Below, in pieces: positions 41,663 to 57,022 of a stretch of DNA of 64,000 bases (the first letter of the stretch is position 1; each line of letters begins with the position of its first letter). The notes beneath the pieces were generated by a model. The model was not told the DNA's origin and made no database searches. It worked only from the letters and a program-made list of their open reading frames with translations. Origin of the DNA: the human T2T-CHM13v2.0 reference genome, Homo sapiens; assembly GCF_009914755.1 (NCBI RefSeq), contig NC_060935.1; one strand, written 5' to 3'. The translations under genes and the position numbers were made by a program.

Positions 41663-42749
41663 TTAGTTTCATAAACATAAAAGAAAAATGCAGTTAATGC
41701 TCTGGGGAAAGAGTGTCACAGATTCTTATTTATGGCTGCCCATCTCATACCTCTGCCATGCAGAGCCAAGGAGCATTTAGGGCAGAATGTGATGGAGTTC
41801 CTGCCCTCTTCCCTTTAGAGCAATTAGAGCTGTTAGTACAGCTTCACTAATGCAATGAGATGGTCCCCACTGAGGTGTGTTAATAGGAAAGGACACCAAG
41901 AAACTTCAAAAGGGAGAATCCCAGAGAAACACTGGAATTCCTGCTAATCTGGGCAGAAAGGGGTTGCAACTATTAATATGAATATTAACGTTATTTTCCC
42001 CTAGTGGCAAGGGATCATAGAAAATGGGCATGATAGACATGGGTAGACAGATAGAGGATTAGATATACACAGAAATTTCCTAATGCTTACGAATTGGAAT
42101 TTATAATACATACATACAAAAACTTTGAGGTAAATTTATGCTGTAAAAGCTTATAGCAGTTGAATTCACCTTTCAGAATCCATGAAGGTGCTGAGATACT
42201 ACTCTGCACTCTTGAGCAGAACTTTGACTTGTTCAGCTGAAGTGGCAAACATTTGCAAAAGGGGCAGATCTACACTGTAGAATCCAAACTACTTAAGAAA
42301 CCTTACCCGGCCATTTAGCCCACTGCAGACCTCAATTCTACTGAAATGACAAGCAGATGTCATAAAATCAAACTAGAGATTTTTGTCCCAGATCAGCTAT
42401 GGCATCTGGATGTCATAATCTCAAGGCAGGTGCTTCATAGTTCATGCACAGAAACCACCTCCAGCCATCCCAATGCTTACCTCATAGATAAGCCCAGACA
42501 GTACTAGTTACTCAGGGTCTTAGCTTTCCCCATACAAGACAGAGATGGTCTGTGGCCTTCAATTTTAAAAGATCTCCCTCATTTTCCCACCTCTGAACCT
42601 CATGCTGAAGCCTAGATTCTGTGCTGACTGGGTTTCTTGCTTTTACTCTCAAAATAGCCAGAGTAGTCTACAAAGCATAAATCAGTTCCTCTCATCCCTC
42701 AATGTTTGGTTTCTAAATCTTTATTTTAAAAATTAATTCTACATGTGAA

Positions 42750-44870
42750 CTTTACTTCAATAAATATGTTTATTAATTAACATAGATTGTATTTCTCTTA
42801 GAAACAACATTACAAATGGGGTGAAAAGGGCAATAAAGAAGGATCCTCCCTGCTGGGGTAAATCACTCCCCCTCCTCTACATTAAGCCTACAACAGGGAG
42901 AGGGAGATGATAGAAAAGGGAGGTAAGAGGCACACTCAACTTTTAACATTTCACAGAAGTGTCAAAAGCAAGCTGTCATTTCACAAAGATAAATTATGGG
43001 AAGAAGCAGGTGCAATGTCTTTACTTTTGGTCTGTGCTGATTTGCATATTTGAAAATAGGTAAGTCTATTTGTAAGTATATACAAATTTTTATGTATAAT
43101 CTGAACTATATGGACTTCAAAGTGATTTTAAGTCAATTTTTTAAAAAACTAAGTTTTTAGATACTCTGATCTGGAGGACTATAAACAACTCCGGTCGATT
43201 TTGAAAAGCTGTCATAGTAAGTTAAATCACAAATGGGTCAAGTATATATGTATACAAAGGAAGAGCACAAACTAGTCCATATTATCCATCTATAAGTTAG
43301 ACATAAAATAGAAAACTAGAAGCACCTCTGTAAGAAAAGATCCAAATGTTATCACTGGAAACTATCTTCTACAGAAAAACTATGTACTTCTATATGTGCC
43401 ATCCCATTGTTTATCCACTGAAACTATTCTGTTTCAGGCAAGGATATACTCAACTCAAAGGGGAATTAATTACTGAAAGACAGGATATTTTAAAAATAAG
43501 AAGTAGTAAAACACATATTATTATAAATGATACAACATTTAATCCCACATGCATGCTAATAAGATTTTCTTTCTAAATTTAACAAAAGTCACTAAAGTAA
43601 TATCTCTTCATTTTTATAGAATTGTCAGAGAAGTAATATGCAAGTGGAATTCAACTGAAAAAATAGATTTTTTCATAATGTGTACTCTATATCTCTGCCC
43701 ATGTCTCCCAACAAAGATAGTGTGTCCAATCTGTTTTGGCTATTGGCTATTGTTTGAAAATCTATGCTATATATTTCAAAGAAATATCAGCATTACAAAA
43801 TGCAGAAATATCTCCTCTCTAAAATATGTACCCACTAAGTGGAGAAAACCTTTTTTCCTAAATTTTTATCTTTTACTTTTTATCTTTTGTCATTTGCTTT
43901 AAGAAAAAAAAAAGTCGTAATATAAATATTTCCAAAGCAGAAAATATAATTACAGATTTTTTTAATTAATGAGAACATTGAAAAAGAAGAGAAAATATTT
44001 CTAATGTGTACTGAAGTTCTCACAAAAGCCAAAACACTAGAAAACTAATGCAATTGATAATACACATTGGTATAAAATACAAGATATTGTCATCATCATT
44101 CTTCTCAAAAGCTTTTCTCTTGATACTCTAAGAATAAATGTTTATAGGGAAAAAATTAAAGCAATCACTTCCTTTTCAAATCCAACTTTCTATGTTTCCA
44201 ATTTCAAGTCACTACTTAAATGTAACAAAAGATTCTGTTTTCCTTAAAGAGACATTCACTTTTTTAAAGCTATTATCATTAGAATGCTGCCTTGATTTTT
44301 ATTTTCCCTGACATCAGGTTATTTGGGTTACATTTATTGCCCAGTGTCCAATGACATTTGCAGAGAGCTTCCAGAACTAAATTTTATCTTTTATGACATC
44401 AGCATAAATATACTTTTATAAAAGAAAAAAAGGGTCATAATAAAATGTAACAGCTAAATGTCAAACAGATGATAAGTTGGAGAGGATTAAAAACTCAGTG
44501 TCTAACTCTAAGTAACGTTAATATTTCAAACCTATATTCTAACTTTTAACTTGAAGCTTTCTACCTTCATTCTTCCTCCCTCACTCCCATTAACTAGTAT
44601 ATTAGTTGTGTACCAAAACTGGAAAAATCCCAATATTATGACAAGGTCCTAATTTTTAGTAAAATTTGGTGGGTAGATATGTAATTTTGCTGAAATTAGA
44701 TGGCAGAGCATTCTGAGCATATGAGGTGCTGCTTTAAAGTAATGAGGCTGATTCTCATGCATGGCTTGAAGAAACAGTGAAGGAGTGATCATAGCAAGGA
44801 CAAGTTTAAACAAGCTTTGACCTGGAAGAACGGAGCTCCGAAGGCTGGCCAGCCCATGCCTGAGTTGGTG
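42750..44870 (-). other. Candidate terminal exon (short coding tail plus ~2 kb 3'UTR) of a minus-strand gene
   Basis: Minus strand (TG)n-GCTTCTTTAG|CACCAACTCAGG acceptor; GC-rich first 70 nt with retained CpGs; no recognisable repeat; minus-strand AATAAA at 44333-44338, 42769-42774, 42720-42725. Confidence 0.42.
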
Positions 44871-44879
44871 CTAAAGAAG

Positions 44880-44912
44880 CACACACACTCTCACATACAT
44901 ACACACACACAC
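44880..44912 (+). repeat. Imperfect (CA)n tract
   Basis: CACACACACTCTCACATACATACACACACACAC. Confidence 0.9.
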
Positions 44913-45519
44913 AGCCCACATTACAAAGCAAACAATTTAGAGCACAAAACAATTTACAGTTAAAAAAAAAAGTAAAAATTTTAGAATAAATTTAGATTTT
45001 TAACAAATGTATCTGCAAAATAGTACATGACCTGTAAAAAGAAGCTGGAGGGGATAAAGTTATGTCAAAAACAAGATTTTTTTTAACTGATCTCAAAAAT
45101 TTCATTAAGAAAATAAGACTCACTCTCACAATACTTCAACCTAGCTTGAGTATCAGAATCAACTCTAGAGCATTTTCAATAAACTAGCCCCCTGGTCCTG
45201 CCCAGGTCTGCTGAATATAAACATGAGCAGAGGCGGGACCTATGTGATTCTGATGCTGTCAGGCTTAGAAACCCCTTACTGTAAGACAGAAAATGTTGAA
45301 GATATGATATTTAGTGTATTCAAATAAATAATTGAAAGAAAGATGACCAAAGAGTTAAATTTAGTCAAAGAATTAGACTTATTCTAAAAGAAATCTTGAA
45401 AAGGGTTTTCATTCTTTCACTGGTTTATCAACAAATATACCAACTAAGGACAAGGCACTGTGCTCGACAAAGGTGGCAGGCAGTGATTGGATATGAGCAG
45501 AGAATGATGATATGATGAT

Positions 45520-45790
45520 GGTAATAATAGCTAATATTTATTGTTTTCTATAAGCCAGGCACCATATAAGCACATATAAATTTTACCATTTTTAGGTATT
45601 ATCTCATTTTTAAGTGTTTACAGGTATAATCTCACAACAATCCTATTATTAACCTCATTTTACAGATAAGAAACCTGAAAACAGGGGTTAGTTAACTTGC
45701 CTAAGACCTCAGAGCTGGTTAAACACGAAAGCCTGGACTTGACCTGAAGCAATCTGACTCCAGCCCCCACACCTGAAACAGTACAGGATA
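45520..45790 (-). mobile_element. MIR (MIRb-like)
   Basis: AATAATAGCTAATATTTATTG...CTCATTTTACAGATAAGAAAC..TAACTTGCCTAAGA..CTGACTCCAG. Confidence 0.8.
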
Positions 45791-46510
45791 CTGGATTGGC
45801 CAGAAAATTTTTTAAAATTACTCTGAAGATACGCCATGAATTTCATGTGAACAGAAAAAGAGAAGATTTAATAACAATAACCCTATATTCTAGGAAGTCC
45901 ATGTCAAAATCACCAGTGAAGATAATTTTATTTCTTTGACACAAATGACATTCTTATAAAATTCATACCACAAAATAAAACACTCAATAAGGATTATCAT
46001 GTACAATTCCTGAAGCATTTAGAAGAATCTTTGAAACGTGTAATGGGCAATATTTATCTAGGAATTAGGTCCTAATGAAAATACGCAGCTTCATAATATA
46101 TTCTTGATGAAACTATTTTTGATACTTAATACTAAATGTTTCACCAAATTTAACAAAAATTACTTTTTGAATTTCCAAAAATTTAAATTCACACTGCAAA
46201 GATGTAAACATCATCACTGACAATATTCAAAAGAATGCAATTAAGGTAAATCCAAAATGGTTTTGAGCAAGGCAGTATTGCTAAAATAACCTCACAAGAT
46301 TGAAGTCTGCTTACTGTACTCAGGCTGTGTAATTTCTGATTTATGTTTGTTTTTAAAAATCAGATGCATTATGTTATATTTACACTTTATATTTTGTATT
46401 AAAATTTTATGTAAGACAAATCAACTTTTTAAAAATTCAACATGTCTGATTTTACAATTGATGTTAAAAACCAATTTTGAATGTGCAAAGTACCATTTGA
46501 ACAAGAAGAC

Positions 46511-48713
<2,203 letters not shown>

Positions 48714-49653
48714 AAGAGATTTTTGTTAATTAACAGATATATTTATAATGTTTAACCTTGAAAGTAATATAATTCGTGCTAATAAAAACAATAAACTATG
48801 TATATATTGAAATATCAAACATTAAAATATTATACATGATTCTGAAATAGTTACATTGGTACAATCATTTTGAAAGACTTACCAAGAGTTTAATACAGTC
48901 ACCAACTTAGACTCAATAATTTTCAATTTGAACATTATCCTGAATAAATAATTGCAAAGAAATTGATTTCAGGAAAAGAAAACAATGATGTAATTATATT
49001 ACAATAGGAGAATGGTTATTATGTACAATAGCACATATCCATAGTTGATCTCTTTAGCATTGCTCAGACATATCATTAACTATTATTTGATAAATAAGTC
49101 ACAAAGGGTATGTATGTATGTATTTATGTATGTATGCATATGTGGGAAAATGAGGAGAAATGAGAATCTTATAAATTGCTGGTGAAAGTGTTAACTAATA
49201 CAATAGCCATATAATGTAAACAGACAATAGCCCACAATGATATGCATACTGCATACTTTTTTCATACTAATTTTACTTCTAGATATATACCCTGGAGAAA
49301 TTTTAATACATGCACGTGAGTTTTACATAAAGTACACAAATATTTGTAGGAGCATTGTTTGTTACAGTAAAATTTGGAAAGACACTAAATGTCTGTCAAC
49401 AAGTAATAAGTAGACTGTAGTATGTTCATACAATAAAATGAATAAATTACTGTGTGGAAGTTAAAAGTCAATGCATAACATCTTTATATTTCAGCATAAA
49501 TATGTCTCATAAATATAATGTTGCAAGTGCAGAGTGACATGTATAGTATATCATTTATATAAAGTACAAAAAAGGCAAAACACATATATATGTAATATAT
49601 ACATATAAATATGAACGTATATGCTTTAATATACACATATGCATATATACATA

Positions 49654-50013
49654 TGATTGGTTTGGCTGTGTCCCCACCAAATCTCAACTTGAATTGTATC
49701 TCCAAGATACAATCCCACATGTTGTGGGAAGGACCTAGGGTAGGGGGAGGTCATTGAATCATGGGGGCCGGTCTTTCCCATGCTAGTCTCATGATAGTGA
49801 ATAAGTCTCATGAGATCTGATGGGTTTATCAGGGGTTTCTGCTTTTGCTTCTTCCTCATTGTCTCTTGCTGCCACCATGTAAGAAGTGCCTTTAGCCTTC
49901 CTTCATGATTCTGAGGCCTCCCCAGACATGTGAAACTGTAAGTTCAATTAAAACTCTTTTTCTTCCCAGTCTCAGGTATGTCTTTATCAGCAGCACAAAA
50001 ACAGACTAATACA
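49654..50013 (+). mobile_element. THE1A-like MaLR solo LTR
   Basis: TGATTGGTTTGGCTGTGTCCCCACC...GGGTTTATCAGGGGTTTC...CAGACTAATACA; TSD ACATA. Confidence 0.92.
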
Positions 50014-50049
50014 ACATATATGTAAATATATACATATACATATATATAT

Positions 50050-51325
50050 AAGGACATCCTGGTCAATAAATGGTGCTAGGATAACTAGCAAGCCACATGT
50101 AGAAGAGTAAAACTGGGTCCACATCTCCCACCTTATACAAAACTCAACTCAAGATGGATCAACGATCAAAATCTATGACCTGAAACCATAAAAATTCTAG
50201 AAGATAACATCAGAAAAACTCTTCTAGACATTGATATGGGCAAAGAATTCATGACTAAGAACCCAAAAGCAAATGCAAAAATAAATAAATAAATAGGATC
50301 TAATTAAACTAAAAAGCTTCTACACAGCAAAAGAAACTATCAGCAGAGTAAACAGACAACCCACAGAGTAGGAGAAAATATTTGCAAACTATGCAGCAGA
50401 CAAAAAACTAATATCCAGAATCTACATGGAACTCAAACAAATCAGCAAGAAAAACACAAATAATCCCATCAAAGGGTGGGAAAAGGACATAAATAGACAA
50501 TTCTCAAAGGAAGATATACAAACAGCCAGCAAACATATGAAGAAAATGCTCAACATCAGTAATTATCAGGGAAATGCAAATTAGAACCACAATGAGACAC
50601 CACCTTACTCCTGCAAGAATGGCCATAATTTAAAAATCAAAAAATAATAGATGTTAGCATGGATGTGGCAAAAAGAGATGTACCACTCTGCTGGTGGTAA
50701 TGTAAACTAGTACAATGACTATGGAAAACAGTATGGAGATTTCTTAAAGAACTGAAAGTATAAAACTACCATTTTATCCAGCAATCCCACTACTAGGAAT
50801 CTACCAAAAAGGAAAAGAAGTCACTACGTGAAAAAGACACATGCACATGCATGCTTATAGCAGCACAAGTCACAATTGCAAAAATATGGAACAAGCCTAA
50901 ATGCCCATCAATCAACAAGTGGCTAAAGAAAATGTGGCATATATACATCATGGAATACTACTCAGCCATAAAATGGAATGAAATAATGGCCTTTGCAGCA
51001 ACTTGAATGGAGCTGGAGGTCATTATTCTAAGTGAAGTAACTCAGGAACATACAATATCCAGAAAACTAAATATTTTACATTCCCACTTATAAGTGGGAG
51101 CTAAGCTATGAGGAGGCAAAGGCATAACAATGATATAATGGACTTTGGGGACATGGGGGAAAGTTGGGGGGGAGTGAAGGTTAAAAGACTACATATTGGG
51201 TACAGCATAAACTGCTCAGGTGACAGGTGCATCAAAATCTCAGAAATCACCACTCAAGAACTTATCCATGTAACCAAAAGCTACCTTTTCCCCAAAAAAC
51301 TATTAAAATAAAATAAAAGAATAAC
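50050..51325 (+). mobile_element. 5'-truncated L1PB (PB1/PB2-like)
   Basis: ORF2 3' end and 3'UTR GGGAGCTAAGCTATGAGG...CAGAAATCACCACT.AAGAACTTATCCATGTAACCAAAA; A-tail. Confidence 0.9.
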
Positions 51326-52921
51326 AATATATACATATAAATATGTAAATATGTGTTATATATACATATGCATACATGCTAATATGTACATATACATATA
51401 TGTAATATATATAATATAAAATATGACTGGAGATTCAGATAATGGTTACCTCTAGAGAGGAAGCACAGGGAAGAAAAATTATATATATATATCTAGATAG
51501 ATATATATCTATATCTACCTAGATACATATAGATATAGATATGCTTTATTTCCTGAAAAAAAAATCTGAAGAAAGGATTTGATCGAGTTGGATTTGGCTT
51601 ACAGAAATGTTTACCCAATCTTTCGTGTCTGGAGTATTTCATTATTTTGAAATAAGGAAAACAAAGAAGTACATTCCTATTCCATATAGGAGAACAGGAA
51701 ACACAGAGCTAGGAAGGAGTATGGTATGGTTATTGAACAGTGATAATATTAGCTTGACTTAAGAACAGATTCTAGTATTAAGGAATGAAGAGAAATAAAT
51801 ATGAACTGATAGGAGAATCTTGATGATGTAATACTTAAGGAACCACGCTAAGGAATGTAAGAGGAAAGATAGTATTTGTATTTGGAATATAATTTTCTCT
51901 TATATTTGGAATTTTGAAACTATAATGACTTAATTCCAGGCAAGCTGCTGTATCTGCAGCTTTCTTCTCTAATGGCTTCTTGCAGAACTGAAGGTGACTC
52001 ATGTCCTAGTTCAGCCTGGTGGCTATCACAGAAACAAACCAAAATAAAGTACCCAGAAAAAAGGACTGGAAAAAAAATAAAATAAAATAAATGGCAAACT
52101 AATATTGTGTAACTAGAGTCCAGAAAAATAAGAAAGAGGGTTAGGAATAGAAAAAGTATTTTAAGACATAAAGGCCAAAAATATAACAAAAATTAGAGCC
52201 ACACATATCCAAAAAATTCAACAAACTGTAAGAAGGTAAACCCCCGAATAAAAACACAAAAGACACTTCATGATCAAACTGCCAAAAAAAAAAGTGATCA
52301 ATATAAATTCTTAAAAGCAATAAAAGAAAAAGTCATTACATAAAGATGTACTAAGGTAAGAATACTATCCAATGTTACATCAGAAACTTGTGATGAATAG
52401 AACAACATCTTTAAAGTCTGGGGAAGAAAATCTACTGACTTATTCCAAACTCAATGAGAAGGAAGGAAGATCTCAAAAAAGCAAGATCTCATCTCTAAAA
52501 AAAAAAAAAAAGAAAGTTTTAACAAAAGACATTAAAAGAAGTTCTTCAGGCAAAAGGAAGACAACCTAAGAGGACGCTTGGATTTATTAAGGAATAAAGA
52601 CTATCAAAACCCATAAGTATGTGGGTGAAGAAAAAGACATTTTTTCTCATTTTTAAATCTCTTTTAAAATTTTCTGTTTATATAGGAATACAAGATTTTC
52701 TGGGGAAAATAACAGATAAAAATAAAATAGACGACAACAGTGGCACAAAGAATAGGAAGGATAAATAAAAACATATGTTTCTTACATTATAATGAATAAG
52801 TATTATTCAAAGATGGAGTATAAAAAGCTAAATATATAAACAAAACATCCTAGAGCAACTACACATACACTCATGCATACAAAGCAAGCCAAAAAGATAT
52901 AGCTAATAAGCTTATGGTAGC

Positions 52922-53319
52922 TGTGTTAGGCCATTTTTGCATTGCTATAAAGGAATGACAGAGGTTGGATAGTATATAAAGAAAAGAGGTTTTATTGGCT
53001 CACAGTTCTGTAGACTGTACAAGCATGGCTCCAGCATCTGCCTCTGGTGAGGGCCTTTGGAAGCTCATAATCATGGTAGAAAGTGAAGGAAGAGTCAACA
53101 CATCAAATGGTAAGAGGAGGAGCAAGAGAGAAGGGGGAAGTTCCAGGCTTTTTTAAACAACCAGGTCTCACGTGAACCAACTGAGCAAGGGGATGGTGCT
53201 AAACCATTCAGGAGGGATTTACCCCCATGATCTAATCACCTTCCACCAGGCCCCACTTCCAACAGTGGGAATCACATTTCAACATGACACTTGGGGGGAA
53301 AAAAATACTAACTATTTCA
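52922..53319 (-). mobile_element. MSTA-like MaLR solo LTR
   Basis: TGTGTTAGGCCATTTTTGCATTGCTATAAAG...AACTATTTCA; perfect TSD GTAGC. Confidence 0.88.
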
Positions 53320-54653
53320 GTAGCAATGAAGTGACCACAAAGAAACTTATTTTATCCAAAATAAAGCAGTTTAAAAAGATAAAATGATAAACAAATGAGA
53401 CAAATAAAACACAAATGACAAGATAAAATAATTAAACCCAGTCATATTAATAATTATATTAAATGTAAATGGTCTAAACATCCCAATTAAAAGAAATTTT
53501 CAGAATGGAGAAAATAGCAAGGCCCAAAATATTATTTCTACAAGACAGAATATAAAGATATAGGTAAGTTAAAATTAAAGGATAGAAAAGTAAAAGGACA
53601 TTATTTTATAATAACATTTGTGAAAAGAAAATTGGAGTAGCTTTATTAAAATAAAACAAAATGGACTTCAGAACAAAGAATATTACCAGGAATAAAGAGG
53701 AACATTTCATAAGGATTTTTAAGTTAATTTATCAATAAAATATAGCAATCTTAAAATAATACAAACCCAATAACAGCACTTCAAAATATATTTAGAAAAC
53801 ATTGTTAGAACTGAAAGGAGGAATAGACAAATCCAAAGTTACAACAAGAATAACAGAAGATGTGAAAAACTCTATCAACTAGCTTGAACAAACTGACATT
53901 GAAGAACACTCAAATCAATAAGACAGAACAAACATGGAACATTAATTTGGATATATTTTGAGCCATAAAGTAAATCTCAAAAATTTTCAAAGGATTAAAA
54001 TTATACATAGTATGTTATCTGACCACAATGGAAACTAGAAACCAATTACAGAAAGATATACAGAAACCCAAAAATAATGGCAAATTAAACAACATATTTC
54101 TAAATAACAGATGTGAAAATCACAAGAAAAACTTTAAAGTCTTTTGAATTAAAGAAAAATGAAAACAGCGTACTGAAATTTGTTAGGCATAGCAAAAGCA
54201 GGGCTTTGAGGGAAATTTATAGCATTAAATGCTTACAATAGAAAAGTAGAAAGGTCTAAATCAATTATCTAAGCTTTTGCTTTATGAAACTAGAAAAAGA
54301 AATATCAATTAAACCCTACATAAGCAGAAGTAAGGAATTAATGAAGCATAAAATCAATGAAATAAATAGCAGACCAAAAATAGAAAATCAATTAGATGAA
54401 AAGCCATTTCTTGGAAAATATCAATAAAATTAATCAACTCAGCTAGACGAGTTAAGTAAAAAATGAGAGGTTAGAAATTGCCAATATAAGGAATTAAAAA
54501 GCAAATTCTATAGACTTCAAATGAATGATAATAAATATTATAAACATCTTTATGTCAACAAATTTTCAATTTAGGTTAAGTGAACAAATTCCTTCAAAGA
54601 TCATTAAACTACTAAAGATCAAAAATAATTATGTAACATAAATAGCTACATGT

Positions 54654-54855
54654 TGAACATAAAGATAGGAACATGGAGGAATACTGGAAGGGGGAAAGAG
54701 AGAGAAGGGCTGAAAAACTACTTATTGAGTAGTATGCTCACTACCTGGGTGATGGGATCATTTGTACCCCAAACCACAGAATATAGCCATATAACAGACC
54801 TGTACATATACCCTGCCAAATGTAAAATAAAAGTTGAAATAATATAAGAGTAAAC
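54654..54855 (+). mobile_element. Short 3' end of an L1PA16/L1PB-age element
   Basis: GGGCTGAAAAACTAC..TATGCTCACTACCTGGGTGATGGGATC..AAAATAAAAGTTGAAAT; imperfect TSD AAATA(G/A)CTA(C/T)ATGT. Confidence 0.75.
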
Positions 54856-55461
54856 AAATAAATAACTATATGTCTACTAAAAAAATTTTAATTCATAATT
54901 TAAAACCTACCTGTAAACAAAACTCCAGGCCCAGATGGTTTTACTAATGAATTTCACCAAATACTTAAGAAATAATAGAGGTGGCAAACAAACTTGGAAA
55001 ATAGAAGAGGAAGAAATACATCTCAACTCATTTGATGAAGCCAGCATTACCCTAATACCAAAATCAGACAAAGATATTAAAAGAAAAATAAACTATGGGC
55101 CAATGCCCCTCAAGATCAGAGATATAAAAATCACTAATAGCATTTAATAAATCAATTCAAGTAACATATATAAGGAGGATAATACATAATATATATGTAA
55201 ATACTACATGAACAAGTAATGTTTATCTCAGAAACATAAGGTTTAACACTTGAAAATGAATCAACGTAATTCACTATATTAACAGTAAAAATATGTATAT
55301 GAAAATCTCAATTATTGGAGTAAAAAGTATTTGAAAAAATATGTTATCTAAATTATGACCTGAATAATCAGACATGAGACCCACAAATTCTCACACAGTC
55401 CCCAGGAAACAAAAAGGTAGCAAAGTTGTAAGCCAGAAAGGCCTCAGATATTAAGGGCCAA

Positions 55462-56129
55462 TGACCAATTGGCATTTATATCTAGAATGAAAGGATGGCG
55501 CAGCATAAGGAAATAAATGAATGTAATTCTCCACATTAACAAAATGAAGACTAGAAAACACAATGATGATCTGAATTGGTGCAGAAAAAGCATTTGGCAA
55601 AATTCAATACACTTTATGATAAAAACACTCCAACAAAGTAGAGATGGATGAAAATAAAAGCCATATATGAAAAGTCCACAGTTAACATCATATTCAACAG
55701 TAAAAGACTGAAAGCTTTTCCTCTAAAATCAAAAACAAGAAAAGGATGCCCACTCTCACCACTACTATTTAATATAGTACTTAAAGTCCTAGCCAGAACA
55801 GTTAGACAAGAAGAAATAAAAGGCATTCAAATTTGGAAGGAAGAAGTAAAATTATCTTTGTTCACAGATGAGATTATTTTACATATAGAAAACCCTAAAA
55901 ATTCCACACAAAAATCTTTTACAACTAATAATTTCAGCAAAGTTGCAGGATACAAAATTAACGCACAAAAATCGGTTGCATTTCTATATACTAAGAATGA
56001 GAAATCAAAAAGGAAATTAAGAAAACAATGTAAATATACTTAACACTACTGCATTGTACACTTAAAAAATGGGTAAATGGGTGAATGTAATGCTGTATGT
56101 TTTTTTACAATAAAAAATAGTCATAAAAA
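55462..56129 (+). mobile_element. Internally deleted L1M (RT fragment joined to the 3' terminus)
   Basis: ORF 55648-56043 with [14 protein letters not shown] and LFTDE RT motifs fused to TGTACACTTAAAAAATGG tail; TSD ATATTAAGGGCCAA. Confidence 0.82.
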
Positions 56130-56707
56130 ATATTAAGGGCCAAAAAGAAAAAAATAGAAAAAAAAAGAAAAAATATATTAAGGGACAAAATGCCTACAAT
56201 TACTACACTGCAGAGGCTGAGGGGTGGTTCACGCAGGCCAAGAGCAAGATGGAAAAATGCGGTACTAACTCAGCAACAGTCAAGCTAAGACTGCAGTGTC
56301 CAGGGTGCACTCCCATCCACCCAGAGAGCATCCAGCATCAGCTACTGACCTCAGCAACAGACAAGACCAATCATCTCTGCAGTCAGACACCATCTGTCTC
56401 AAAGGACCACCTTTCTCTCCCTTGAACCATGATGACTCCAGAATATTTTACTCACATGCTATCTCAAAGAATTTAGAAAACTGGGTAACCTTTACTTAGA
56501 AAACTATGTACCAACATTTTAAGTTGACATTTAAAATTTTTTATCATTAGCTTAAAAACAGTTACAAAGTATGTAATTTCTGGCATGTTATAAATATTGT
56601 CATTACCAAAGAAAACTGTTAAATTGGTTTTTAAAATCTATCCGGTGAGGTGAAATACCAGAGCAGTTTTACATCAATAATTATCCATTTTTTTTAATAA
56701 AACATGA

Positions 56708-57022
<315 letters not shown>

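Larger units (their letters stand above)
52050..55350 (+). mobile_element. Old degraded L1M (ORF1 end to ORF2 RT), with nested insertions
   Basis: AATGTAAATGGTCTAAAC, TCTGACCACAATGG, CCAGGCCCAGATGGTTT, DEASITLIPKSDKD. Confidence 0.8.

Noticed and set aside
43040-43047. Octamer ATTTGCAT
   Set aside because: The same 8-mer occurs several times in the window, including inside repeats; no supporting context.
44830-44866. SGMGWPAF resembling the MsrB SGxGWPSF motif
   Set aside because: The frame stops shortly after and no other MsrB motif is nearby; chance similarity.
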